Source: Gammaproteobacteria bacterium
Lineage (GTDB): Bacteria > Pseudomonadota > Gammaproteobacteria > Pseudomonadales > Azotimanducaceae
Assembly: GCA_005799745.1 (NCBI GenBank)
Contig: SYFY01000120.1
Coordinates: forward strand, 24,126 to 88,125
Direction of reading: 5' to 3'
Length of the DNA: 64,000 nt
Under the pieces are notes generated by a model, which was given only the letters and a program-made list of their open reading frames with translations, did not search any database and was not told where the DNA came from. Shown piece after piece: positions 47,100 to 56,640 of the stretch; position 1 is the stretch's first letter; the number at the start of each line of letters is the position of its first letter. The translations under genes were made by a program, and so were the position numbers.

Positions 47100-47939
47100 T
47101 CAGCTCTCCGCCACCATCGTTCCTTCGATGTGACCGAGCTTGTCGATCTCTACCCGCATCACATCGCCGGCTTTAAGGAACTGTCGCGGATCCATCGCTG
47201 CGCCGATCCCACCGGGTGTACCCGTATACAGCACATCACCGGGTTCGAGTGTCATCCCCACGGAAAGGTGTTCAACCTGCAGCCAGGCGTTGAAGACAAG
47301 GTGTTTCGTATGTGAATCCTGGCGCTTCTCGCCGTTGACGAAACAGCGAATGCCTAATTGATGCGGGTCGCCCAGTTCATCCGCTGTGACAATCCACGGC
47401 CCGAACGGGGCGTGAGTATCGAAACTTTTGCCGAGGGACCATTGCGGCGATGCGTGTTGCCACATGCGCGCAGTCATGTCATTGCCGACGCAGTAACCAA
47501 AAACTGCGGCAGGCGCATCGGCCGCGCTGACCTGTTTGCCGCCCTTGCCGATGATCGCGACCAACTCGGCCTCGTAATCCGCGGAGAAGGTGGACTTCGC
47601 AATCTGGATGGGGGCATAGGGACCGTTCACGCTGGTCTGAGCCTTGGTGAACCACACCCGTCGCTCTGGCGTGCCCATTTCCGACTCTTCTATGTGATCA
47701 GCGTAGTTGAGGCCAATGGCGAAAATCTTGCCGGGGCGTTGCACCGGCGCTTCAAGCTGCACCGATGACAATGGAACATCGCTCGCTGTTTTCGCCTTCG
47801 CTTCGAAAGCGGGTTTGAGCGCGTCCCAATTGCGGATCAGATCGATCATCGACCCGTCTACGCCGGTGTCGATGATCGTGTTGTCGACGACGATGCCAGT
47901 GCGCGTCTGGCCATTGGCGGTATACGTTGCAAGCTTCAT
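47100..47939 (-). CDS. fumarylacetoacetate hydrolase (FAH) family protein
   Basis: KIFAIGLNYADH, ADYEAELVAIIGK, PGDVLYTGTPGGIG. Confidence 0.9.
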   Translation of the reverse strand: MKLATYTANGQTRTGIVVDNTIIDTGVDGSMIDLIRNWDALKPAFEAKAKTASDVPLSSVQLEAPVQRPGKIFAIGLNYADHIEESEMGTPERRVWFTKAQTSVNGPYAPIQIAKSTFSADYEAELVAIIGKGGKQVSAADAPAAVFGYCVGNDMTARMWQHASPQWSLGKSFDTHAPFGPWIVTADELGDPHQLGIRCFVNGEKRQDSHTKHLVFNAWLQVEHLSVGMTLEPGDVLYTGTPGGIGAAMDPRQFLKAGDVMRVEIDKLGHIEGTMVAES

Positions 47940-49006
47940 GTCTTTGTTCCCCTAGAATCGGATGAGAGTGAAGCAGCTGAGAGTGAAGCAGATGAGAAAA
48001 ACCGTTTGATTCGCAGCACCAACGCCACGAGATAAGAAATCACGCCAACGGGCGGCTTCACTCGTCCGCTCATCGCGGGATGTGGACTTCCCCACTGCAC
48101 CGCAAGCAAGGAACTCAGCGGCATTTTTTGTGGCGCATCGGCGCTCGTGAGGAGATCGCCGTCGGTCCAATGTTCGAGCTCATTGCCAAACGGGTCTTTC
48201 CAGTAGTCAAAATCTGACTGCCCATAATTTGCCGACCAACACCCCAGACGGCTTTACGCTGGCGCGTCTGCAGGTATGGATGACCCAGCATGAGATCGTC
48301 GAGATTGGCCACTTCAAACGCTGCATGTGCGAGTCCTGGCGCCCCCGGCAACTCAGCCAGAAACAGCGTGTGGTGATCCGCCGGTTTGTCACCACGATCA
48401 CAGCGCATGAATGCACCGATGGGCGCATCCTTCGCCGCTTCAACCTCATCAGAGGTGATGAAACCGAACCGTTCCTTGTACCACTTCTCGCTTAAGCGGA
48501 AATCACTCACCTTAAGCACCGCGTGGCCGATGCGGTGCACATGGGAAGGTGAAGGTTCGAGCCGAACACTGGAGCGCAATCTTGATCGTGATGCTACGGT
48601 GTTACGAAGTGGATCAGGTCGCAGCACAGCCGCTTCGGTCTTTGTCTGCGCCGCGACAATCTCGAGGCGATAACCGTCAGGATCAGCCAATCGGACAACC
48701 TTGCCACCACCAGGTTCTTGCAAGTCTTCGACGGCCACACCTTCGTGGCGAGCCAGGCGCTCGAGGTCATCAACGGTCTGCGCACGGAGGCCAAACCCGA
48801 GGAACTTTGCCGTCCCCATCTCGGTGGCACCGATGTCGAGTTCGCTCCTCTCCCCCACCATTTGCCAGGAGTTCAACCCCTATATGTTCTGCGTTCATCC
48901 GGTGCCGATGGCCATGAACATACCGATCCGTGAGCTTTTTCGTCGTGAGCTTTTTCGCATCGGTCTTGAAGCCATGGAGCACGCGCCTCACGTATGCTGC
49001 TCGCAC
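47936..49006 (-). pseudogene. VOC-superfamily (extradiol-dioxygenase-like) gene with frameshifts and N-terminal stops
   Basis: Track ORF 48115..48876 (...HRIGHAVLKVSDF...DHHTLFL...HAAFEV...WGVGRQIMGSQI) continues after a 1-nt loss in the T-run 48209..48212 as FDYWKDPFGNELEHWTDGDL...LLAVQWGSPHP (track ORF 47936..48124). Upstream of 48876 the same frame has TAG 48880..48882 and TGA 48895..48897. Confidence 0.7.
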
Positions 49007-49177
49007 AAGTTCTCCAGAACTTATTGAACGACCATAGAGTGGACTACCGATCGTCGAAACTGACTTAGTACAAAAGCCACTGAATGGCGAAGCATTGCGC
49101 GCCGCGTACCTGAATTCGAATCTCTCCTTGCGTCAATTCCGCGAGTTACCGCGGGGACGCACCTCGCGTGAGACAGC

Positions 49178-49219
49178 CCAAGCCACAAGGCCTAAGCCAC
49201 AAGGCCCAAGCAACCAGGC
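49178..49219. repeat. three tandem 14-bp units in a divergent intergenic region
   Basis: ccaagccacaaggc / ctaagccacaaggc / ccaagcaaccaggc, read directly. Located between the VOC pseudogene (-) and the SDR gene (+). Confidence 0.65.
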
Positions 49220-49365
49220 CTGCCCTCGATGTTCACTTCGATGTTCTGCTTGCCCGTGGTGTGTCCTCGTTCTTATCCTCCACTTCAGGACGAGGGGGAC
49301 CTACACTCCCACCGGCACACAAATTCCAATCATGCGGTAACACGATAGGCAGGAGCGACCAGGCG

Positions 49366-50265
49366 ATGAGCGAATTCAAAGACAGGGTGGTGGTGATCAC
49401 GGGCGCAGGCAATGGCCTCGGCAAAGCACATGCGCTCGAGTTCGCACGCCGAGGCGCGAAGGTCGTGGTGAACGACCTGGGTGGCAAAGGCGATGGCACC
49501 GGTTCGGGTGATGCGGCAGATGCCGTGGTCGCCGAGATTCGTGCGGCGGGTGGCGTAGCCATTGCTAACAAGGCATCGGTCGCATCGCGAGACGGTGCGA
49601 AGTCCATCATCGACGATGCCGTGAATGCCTTCGGCACCGTGCACATCCTTGTCAACAACGCCGGCATCCTGCGGGACAAAAGCTTCAAGAACATGTCGCT
49701 CGACGATTGGGACATCGTGATGAATGTGCACTTGAATGGCACCGCCTACGTGACTCACGCGGCGTGGCCGATCATGTATGCACAAAACTATGGCCGCATC
49801 GTGCTGACGAGTTCTGTTTCCGGCATTTTTGGCAACTTTGGCCAGGCGAATTACGGCGCTGCGAAGATGGGTATGCTCGGTCTGATGAACGTGCTGGAGA
49901 AAGAAGGCGCGCCCAAGAACATCCGTGTGAACACCCTCGCACCCGGTGCGGCAACGCGTCTCATCAACACGATTCCGGGTCGCAACGAAGATCTCGACAA
50001 TCCGGATCCGGCGCGCCATCCAAAGCTCGTCACACCAGCAGTGCTCTTGATGTGTGCGGAGGACGCTCCAACGGGCAAGGTCATTCAGGCAGGCAATGGT
50101 CGATTCTCCACCGCCGCCGTGTTTAACAACGTCGATCTGGAACTCGGCATCGATGTCACCTACGAAGATCTGCTCGCCAAGAAAGATCAGTTGCTCGACA
50201 TGAGCAACGCGACAGAAGGCTGGGGGTGGATGCGCAAGATGCTGGCACAGATGGCGAAGAAATAA
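49366..50265 (+). CDS. SDR family oxidoreductase (multifunctional-enzyme-2 / 3-hydroxyacyl-CoA dehydrogenase-like)
   Basis: VVVITGAGNGLGKAHALEFARRGAKVVVNDLGG, NNAGILRD, YGAAK. The ATG at 49366 follows AGGAG. The track start at 49168 is far upstream. Confidence 0.85.
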   Translation: MSEFKDRVVVITGAGNGLGKAHALEFARRGAKVVVNDLGGKGDGTGSGDAADAVVAEIRAAGGVAIANKASVASRDGAKSIIDDAVNAFGTVHILVNNAGILRDKSFKNMSLDDWDIVMNVHLNGTAYVTHAAWPIMYAQNYGRIVLTSSVSGIFGNFGQANYGAAKMGMLGLMNVLEKEGAPKNIRVNTLAPGAATRLINTIPGRNEDLDNPDPARHPKLVTPAVLLMCAEDAPTGKVIQAGNGRFSTAAVFNNVDLELGIDVTYEDLLAKKDQLLDMSNATEGWGWMRKMLAQMAKK

Positions 50266-50357
50266 CTACGCACCGTTCGACTCGAAGGCGTTCGCTGAGC
50301 GGTGTACTCGGTGTCCACCCGACGTCCCAACACCCCACTGACCCACAGGAATCCTTC

Positions 50358-51092
50358 ATGTCTGAAGCCGCTCGAGCGGAGTTGGCCCCCACCGGGGTAC
50401 TGCGTGCCGCAATCAATCTGTCCAACTTTCTTCTGGTCACCGGCAAGGCCTCCAATGGTGATCCCGAAGGCGTGTCGCCGAGCATGGCAGCGGAAGCCGC
50501 GAGGCGTCTTGGCGTCGAAGTGGTCTATGTGACCTTCAAGACACCGGGCGAGCTGGCCGACGCCGCAACAGAAGATCGTTGGGACATCGGTCTAATTGGT
50601 GCAGAACCCGCGCGGGCCGTGCATATCGACTTCACTGCTGCTTACTCGGAGATAGAAGCAACCTATCTGGTGCCTCCGGGCTCAGGCATCACCACGGTGG
50701 ATGAAGTGGATCAGCCCGGACGGCACATCGCGGTGCCGGCGCGTGCCGCGTTTGAGCTGTGGCTGACCGACAACATCCGTCATGCGCAACTCCACCGTAC
50801 CACCGGTGCCGATGGTGCATTCAAGGCGTTTACTGAACAGCGCATGGACGCCCTTGCCGGTTTGCGCGCAGGGCTCGGCAAGGACGCACAGCGTCTGCCG
50901 GGTTCGCGCATTCTCGACGGTCAATTCACTGCGGTACAACAGGCCATCGGCATCCGCAAAGGCCGAGCGGCCGGCGTTGCATATCTCCGCGAATTCGTCG
51001 AGGACGCAAAAGCCTCGGGGTTGGTCGGCGAGTTGATCGAACGTTTTGGCGTTGCCGGAAAACTCGGCGTCGCGCCGCTGGCTCGTGATTGA
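50358..51092 (+). CDS. type-2 periplasmic-binding-protein-fold (SBP_bac_3-like) protein without a signal peptide
   Basis: LRAAINLSNFLLV..., DIGLIGAEPARA, FTAAYSEIEATYLV. No hydrophobic N-terminus from the ATG at 50358. Confidence 0.6.
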   Translation: MSEAARAELAPTGVLRAAINLSNFLLVTGKASNGDPEGVSPSMAAEAARRLGVEVVYVTFKTPGELADAATEDRWDIGLIGAEPARAVHIDFTAAYSEIEATYLVPPGSGITTVDEVDQPGRHIAVPARAAFELWLTDNIRHAQLHRTTGADGAFKAFTEQRMDALAGLRAGLGKDAQRLPGSRILDGQFTAVQQAIGIRKGRAAGVAYLREFVEDAKASGLVGELIERFGVAGKLGVAPLARD

Positions 51093-51254
51093 CGCGGGCC
51101 TGTTACCTCCGTTTGTTGTCGGCGACGGGACGCACAGGAAGGTCTGACGAATCAGACCCTCCCGAACGGAATTCTGAGTTAATGTCTGACTTCGGATTCA
51201 AACTGATGTGTCCCAGAACTGTTTGCAAGCGACACCTCTCCCAAGGAGCCACCC

Positions 51255-52403
51255 ATGCGCTACTACTCCTGTGATTCGCACCTGGTAGAACCTGCGGAAG
51301 TCTTCGCGGGTCTCGACACCCGCTTCGGTGATCGTGCGCCGCGCATCATCATGGGCCACAAAGGCAAACCGGGAGAGTTCCTCGTGTTGCCCAACGGCGT
51401 GTCGATCAGCGTCGGTCGATTCGGCATCGCCGGTAACCGGCTCGACGATCCGAAAACGCATGAAAAAATCGCGCTCGGGTATGCAGGCGTTAATCCTGGC
51501 GTCCTTGATCCGGTGAAACGCCTCGACGATCAGAAGCGCGATGGCATCTGCGGCGAGGTGATGTATCCAAGTCTCAATATGCTGACGTACAGCGTGACCG
51601 ACATGGATGTGCTGGACGCGGTTTTCCGCCAACACAATGACTGGGTCTCGAACTACTGTGCTGTCGCTCCGGAGCGGTTGATCGGTATCGGTTGTCTGCC
51701 CATTCCTGACATCGATGCCGCGATCACTGAGATGACCCGAGCGGCAAAACTGGGTGTACGTGGGTTCATGATCCCGGGACACGTCTCACCGGACAGACCA
51801 TACAACCATCCGGACTACGACCCGTTTTGGGCCGCTGCACAGGACATGGACCGGCCGCTGACTATGCACATCTTTGCCAACACCACCTTCGAGGCAGGCA
51901 TGCCGCCACACTGGGGTACTCCAGGTGGCACGATCAAGGGTTACACCCTGTCCTTTACGACCGTGGTCAACTCGATGATCGACATCATCTGTGGTGGCGT
52001 CACCGAGCGATTCCCGCGATTGAAACTGATTCTTTCCGAATTCGAGATCGGTTGGCTCGCGCACATTCTGCACCGCTTGGACCACGCGGCTTATCGAACA
52101 CCGCATCTCGCTGTCGACTACCTCACCATGAAGCCGAGCGACTACTTCCGCCGCAATTTCTGGGCGACGTTCGAAGACGATGCGATCGGTGTGCGCACTC
52201 GCCACGAGATCGGCGTAGACCGGTTGTTGTGGGGTAACGACTATCCGCACCACGACTCGATCTGGCCCAACTCCATGCCAACTTTGGACACGGCGCTCGC
52301 AGGTGTACCAGACGAAGATCGTGAGAAGATGTGCTGGGACAACACCCTTAATCTCTACAACATCGATGAGCGCCAGCTGCCCAAAGAGGAAGTCACCGCA
52401 TGA
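51255..52403 (+). CDS. amidohydrolase-2 (ACMSD-like) family protein
   Basis: YYSCDSHLVEP..., ...LLWGNDYPHHDSIWP. Paralogue of 20329..21453. Confidence 0.85.
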   Translation: MRYYSCDSHLVEPAEVFAGLDTRFGDRAPRIIMGHKGKPGEFLVLPNGVSISVGRFGIAGNRLDDPKTHEKIALGYAGVNPGVLDPVKRLDDQKRDGICGEVMYPSLNMLTYSVTDMDVLDAVFRQHNDWVSNYCAVAPERLIGIGCLPIPDIDAAITEMTRAAKLGVRGFMIPGHVSPDRPYNHPDYDPFWAAAQDMDRPLTMHIFANTTFEAGMPPHWGTPGGTIKGYTLSFTTVVNSMIDIICGGVTERFPRLKLILSEFEIGWLAHILHRLDHAAYRTPHLAVDYLTMKPSDYFRRNFWATFEDDAIGVRTRHEIGVDRLLWGNDYPHHDSIWPNSMPTLDTALAGVPDEDREKMCWDNTLNLYNIDERQLPKEEVTA

Positions 52404-53395
52404 GCACTCTTGACCTAGGTGGACCGATCAACATCCAGGTGGTGCTGGCCCTGACGCTGCCCAGTATCAGTGAGGATGAGATCACCCGGATTCAGACCGC
52501 TGCGCCCCCCGGTTCGACTGTTAGCGTGGTCAACAGCGTGCGTGAGGCTATGGCGCAGGCCGCGAACGTCGATGTTATTCTCGGCATCATTCCTGAGGTC
52601 CTGTTCAACGCTGCGCCAAAACTCAAGTGGGTGCACGCCATCGCCTCGGGTATGGATTCCATGCTGTACCCGAAGATGCGTGATTCCAGCGTTCTGCTCA
52701 GCGGCGAAAAGGGTCTCGTGGGCGGACATCTGGCTGACACCGGTTTTGGTCTGCTGCTGGCTCTGACGCGACAAATCAAAACCGCCCTTGCGCTCGGACC
52801 GGATGGATGGAACCACCGACCGGCGATGCGGATGAAAGAAGTCGAGCTCGAAGGTATGACGATGGGCGTCATCGGCTTTGGCGGTACAGGTCGCGCAATG
52901 GCACGACGCGCGGTCGCCTTCGGCATGAACGTCATCGCGGTCGACGCCATGGCGGTCAATCCATCGGACGGGGTGGAAGACGTGTGGACCATGGACCGTT
53001 TGCCCGAATTGCTGGCGGCCGCGGATGTCGTGGCTATCGGTGCCCCGTTGACCCCGGAAACCCGAAACCTGATCGACGACGCTGCATTTTCCCGGATGAA
53101 GCGCGGTGCGCTGATCGTGAATGTCACGCGCGGCGAGATCATCGATGGCGATGCATTGGTGGCGGCGCTGCGCGACGGACGCTGCGGTGGCGCGGCCCTC
53201 GACGTCGCACCGATCGAGCCACTGCCGGCGGATCATCCGCTATGGTCCTTCGAGAATGTTGTCATGACGCCGCATACCGCGGGCGCCAGTCAGCTGCGCG
53301 GGCCACGCAATATCGCGCGCTTCTGCGAGAACCTGCGCCGTGCACAGGCTGGTGAGCACCTGGTGGGACTGGTGGATAAACAATCCGGGTTCTAG
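52400..53395 (+). CDS. D-isomer-specific 2-hydroxyacid dehydrogenase
   Basis: GVIGFGGTGRAMARRA, VNVTRGEIID, LDVAPIEPLP...MTPHTAG. ATGA overlap with the upstream gene. Confidence 0.9.
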   Translation: MSTLDLGGPINIQVVLALTLPSISEDEITRIQTAAPPGSTVSVVNSVREAMAQAANVDVILGIIPEVLFNAAPKLKWVHAIASGMDSMLYPKMRDSSVLLSGEKGLVGGHLADTGFGLLLALTRQIKTALALGPDGWNHRPAMRMKEVELEGMTMGVIGFGGTGRAMARRAVAFGMNVIAVDAMAVNPSDGVEDVWTMDRLPELLAAADVVAIGAPLTPETRNLIDDAAFSRMKRGALIVNVTRGEIIDGDALVAALRDGRCGGAALDVAPIEPLPADHPLWSFENVVMTPHTAGASQLRGPRNIARFCENLRRAQAGEHLVGLVDKQSGF

Positions 53396-53883
53396 GCGGA
53401 GCTGTGCAAAATCGCCTGCGGCCGGGTTCGTATCAGCCCAACCGTCTTGGCGTTCGGATCAAGCCCAGACCACACATCGCCAATCACCACGAAGCCAAAA
53501 GCGCGACCAGCGCAGTCAACAACACCGAAACCCAGGGCGTTCGATAACACGCGCTGATGAAAGCCAGCTGTGCGGGTAACTCTTTGTCGCCCGCCACGGC
53601 ATAGAGGCCGCGCTTTACCTCCTGCTGGTAACCGGTGTCAGTCATGAGTTCCGCCCTGCTACTTGTGTGTTCCGACCCTTCAACTTGCACCACCATCGGC
53701 CAGACCCACCTGATTTCGCGACCCCGAAAAATAAATCTCTCATCCATGCATCCAGATTGAACTCTCGCACGTAATAGCTACATGCACAGGAACGATTCTG
53801 TGCAACAGCGGACAGATCGGCGCTTGTGGCGTTGATTAAAAAGTGCCCCGCACGAACCTATATGTCTGTTACGAGGAATAACC

Positions 53884-55527
53884 ATGATTGCAAGATTGCC
53901 TGCTCCACCACTGTCCCTGTCCTGCCTGCTTCTCGCCGGCACCGCCATGGCTTCAAGCCACCGGGAAGCGCCATTCATTACCAAGTTTCCGCAAGTGGAC
54001 GCTACTGACTTCTATCTGTTCAGCAGTTATGAACCCGGTCGCGATGGGTATGTTTCACTGATCGCCAACTATCAGCCGATACAGGCCGCCTATGGCGGGC
54101 CGAACTACTTTCCGCTGGACAGTGAAGCGCTCTACGCGATCCGGATCGACAACGATGGAGACAGTGTTGAAGACCTAACGTTCCAGTTCCGCTTCCGGGA
54201 CGTGCAGCCCTCGGGCAGTGCAGTCAAGCTGAACGTCAACGGCACTGAGATCTCCTCGGTACTCCGCAACATCGGTCCAGTCACCGCTGAGCGCGCGCCG
54301 GGTCTCAGCTTTCTTGAGACGTTTACGGTGAAGGTAGTCCGTGAGGGTCAGTCCACGAGCGGCGAGGATGTCATCAATACAGCTACTGGCTCCGTGACCT
54401 TCAATAAGCCCTTCGACTACGCCGGCACCAAGACCTTTGGTGGTGCAGGAAATTATGAAACCTATGCGAACACCTTCATTCAGGAGGCAAACATCCCTGG
54501 CTGTTCGATGCCGGCTAAAATCTTTGTTGGTCAGCGGAACGAAGCCTTCAAGATCAGCGTCGGTGAGGTGTTTGATCTGGTCAATCTCGTGCCAATAGAA
54601 GGGGACAGTGCTCCCGGTGCTCGCGATGGCCGGGGTTTTCCAGGTGGTATCACGCAGGACCCTCTGAGGAACAATCTTGCGCGGGCGAACGTCACGTCAA
54701 TCGCGATGGAAGCACACAAGAGCTGCCTCACGTCACGCTCGGAGCCTGTTATCGGCGCGTGGACCACCGCCAGCCTGCGTCAGGTTTCGGTGCTCAATCC
54801 CCGCGCAACGTTTCAGCGACCGGAGGTGACCGGCGGAGCCTTTGTTCAGGTATCACGTCTGTCGACCCCGCTGGTGAATGAACTGGTGATCGGTTTCGAT
54901 CAGAAAGACCGTTTCAACGGCAGCAGGCCGGCAGATGATGGGCAATTTCTGCCGTTTGTGACCAACCCCGGATCGCCGCTCATTCTCAACCTGCTCTTTC
55001 GGGATGCAGTAAACACAACGCTCAACGCCAATATCCCGAACCTTGCACCGAAGAACTTTCCTCGTAACGATCTCGTCACCACATTCCTCACCGGTTTTCC
55101 AGGCCTTAACAAGCCTGCCAACGTAGTACCCGGCGAAATGTTGCGTCTGAACACGGCAGTCGCCCCAAGGCTTCGTGCAGCACAGAGTCCGTTTGGTGTT
55201 GCCGCTGGTGACATCGCCGGATTTCCCAACGGACGACGACCCGGGGACGATGTGGTGGACATCGCGCTGCGGGTGGTCATGGTGTTATCCGCTACCGATT
55301 GGTGCTGGCGGAAGTCCTGTAGCACTTGGACTGTGTCATGTGGTCGGGTCGCACGCGTGAAGGCGCCGCAATCTTCGACGAAGTCGCAGCGCTCGATACG
55401 CAAGGCAACGCCTGGGACACCGAAGTACTCGGCTGGTATCCGTACGTCGAGTCATTGTCGATTCGATCCGTTGCGCATGGGTGGATGGGGCGGATCGCAG
55501 AAGCGCAGGACTTTGTCGAACGGCTGA
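53884..55527 (+). CDS. DUF4331 domain protein, apparently 3'-truncated (family similarity ends near 55280)
   Basis: Signal peptide, then SSHREAPFITKFPQVDATDFYLFSSYEP...IRIDNDGDSVEDL...GFPNGRRPGDDVVDIALRVV. The remaining ~80 codons are Cys/Arg/Trp-rich and overlap another gene's frame. Confidence 0.7.
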   Translation: MIARLPAPPLSLSCLLLAGTAMASSHREAPFITKFPQVDATDFYLFSSYEPGRDGYVSLIANYQPIQAAYGGPNYFPLDSEALYAIRIDNDGDSVEDLTFQFRFRDVQPSGSAVKLNVNGTEISSVLRNIGPVTAERAPGLSFLETFTVKVVREGQSTSGEDVINTATGSVTFNKPFDYAGTKTFGGAGNYETYANTFIQEANIPGCSMPAKIFVGQRNEAFKISVGEVFDLVNLVPIEGDSAPGARDGRGFPGGITQDPLRNNLARANVTSIAMEAHKSCLTSRSEPVIGAWTTASLRQVSVLNPRATFQRPEVTGGAFVQVSRLSTPLVNELVIGFDQKDRFNGSRPADDGQFLPFVTNPGSPLILNLLFRDAVNTTLNANIPNLAPKNFPRNDLVTTFLTGFPGLNKPANVVPGEMLRLNTAVAPRLRAAQSPFGVAAGDIAGFPNGRRPGDDVVDIALRVVMVLSATDWCWRKSCSTWTVSCGRVARVKAPQSSTKSQRSIRKATPGTPKYSAGIRTSSHCRFDPLRMGGWGGSQKRRTLSNG

Positions 55528-56185
55528 CGGCGCGCATTCGTCGTCCACGCCAGGATACGGATCTGAGTTCTGCCGCATGCGACCGCTGGTTCCTGTGTTT
55601 TACGCTCGGCGACGCGGAACGCGCGATGGACTACGCCCATGAATCGCTGCGACTGGCCGAACGATTCGGCTCGGAGAGCAAGATCGTCTACGCACTCATG
55701 ACGTGTGGCCTGACCAGCAGTCTCGGGCTGCGCTGGCAGGAGGGTGTGGGCTATCTGCAACGAGCCCGACAACTGATCGCCGGCAGCGGCGCCGGCGCCG
55801 AGTGGCGCATCTTCATCGACCCCGTCCTCGCGCTCTGCCTCGCCGGATCGGGTGATCACGAACAGAGCGTTGCGCTTGCCCGGGAGAGCTTTGCACGTAC
55901 CCCCGAGAATCTGCACATGCAAGTCTGTATCCCTCTCACTCGCGCGTGGCGGGTGGACTCTCCTGTGAAGCAGAGATCGACGCCGTCATCGACGCCATGC
56001 TCCATGCCATGCAGAAGGCTGATACCTTCGGCTGGTTACCCCTCATCCTGCTCGAACGAGCGGGACTTTCGCGGCTGCGTGGCGACATGGAAGGCATGCG
56101 ACGGGATCTTGCGGAGGACAGGCAGCGGCTCGTGGAGATGAACGTGACGGGATGGGAGGACTACGCGAGGTCGATCGAAGGCTGA
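55272..56185 (+). pseudogene. TPR-type C-terminal remnant of a large regulatory (STAND/cyclase-like) protein
   Basis: Frame of track ORF 55326..56141 (AIFDEVAALDT...AEAQDFVERL...AMDYAHESLRLAERFG...GYLQRARQLIA), with in-frame TAG 55320..55322. Shifts near 55.9 kb into track ORF 55946..56185 (LLERAGLSRLRGDMEGMRRDLAEDRQRLVEMNVTGWEDYARSI). Confidence 0.5.
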
Positions 56186-56253
56186 CTCAAAACTTCAGAG
56201 GACAGGCAATCAACCAACAGGTATCCGAGACCCTGCTTCCTGAAGGCTTCCGT

Positions 56254-56640
56254 CTAGCATTGGCAGGCCAGCGTTTCGCGATCACCCATCGCGGCAAAGT
56301 GATCGCTGATTTCCTTTCCAGCGATACCAGTCAGAGTCTGGACGCCAAGGCGGTAATCGAAAGCTCCCAGAAATTCCTTCTTGCCAATCCGGTCACGGTA
56401 CAGCGGAACGGAATCGTCAGGAGGGAGCGCTCGATCATACTGATCGCCTTCACAGGAAAATGTCCGTGGAAGGCTCTTCCCCGTGAAAGGTATCGAATCG
56501 ACCTGTGCTTTTTCGAACGTGAGAATCAGCTCCAGGATGCCGAGCATGATGCCGGGTTGTTGCTGGAAAGAACTTTTCGGGGGCATAGGCAAAGGACTTG
56601 GATCGATCCAGCCGTAGTTCCCGCGGACACTGCCATCCAT
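56254..56640 (-). CDS. unassigned ORF, possibly part of a longer decayed gene
   Basis: Natural-looking composition, unlike its R-rich + strand shadow (56152..56691). The same frame stays recognisably coding upstream across TAG 56680..56682 and TAA 56896..56898. Confidence 0.3.
   Translation of the reverse strand: MDGSVRGNYGWIDPSPLPMPPKSSFQQQPGIMLGILELILTFEKAQVDSIPFTGKSLPRTFSCEGDQYDRALPPDDSVPLYRDRIGKKEFLGAFDYRLGVQTLTGIAGKEISDHFAAMGDRETLACQC

Noticed and set aside
53484-53747. Amino-acid (APC) permease fragment in the minus-strand ORF (..LYAVAGDKELPAQLAFISACYRTPWVSVLLTALVALLA..).
   Set aside because: Only about 40 residues resemble the conserved permease segment, the flanking sequence is not membrane-like, and the match could be chance. 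Not called without a database search.
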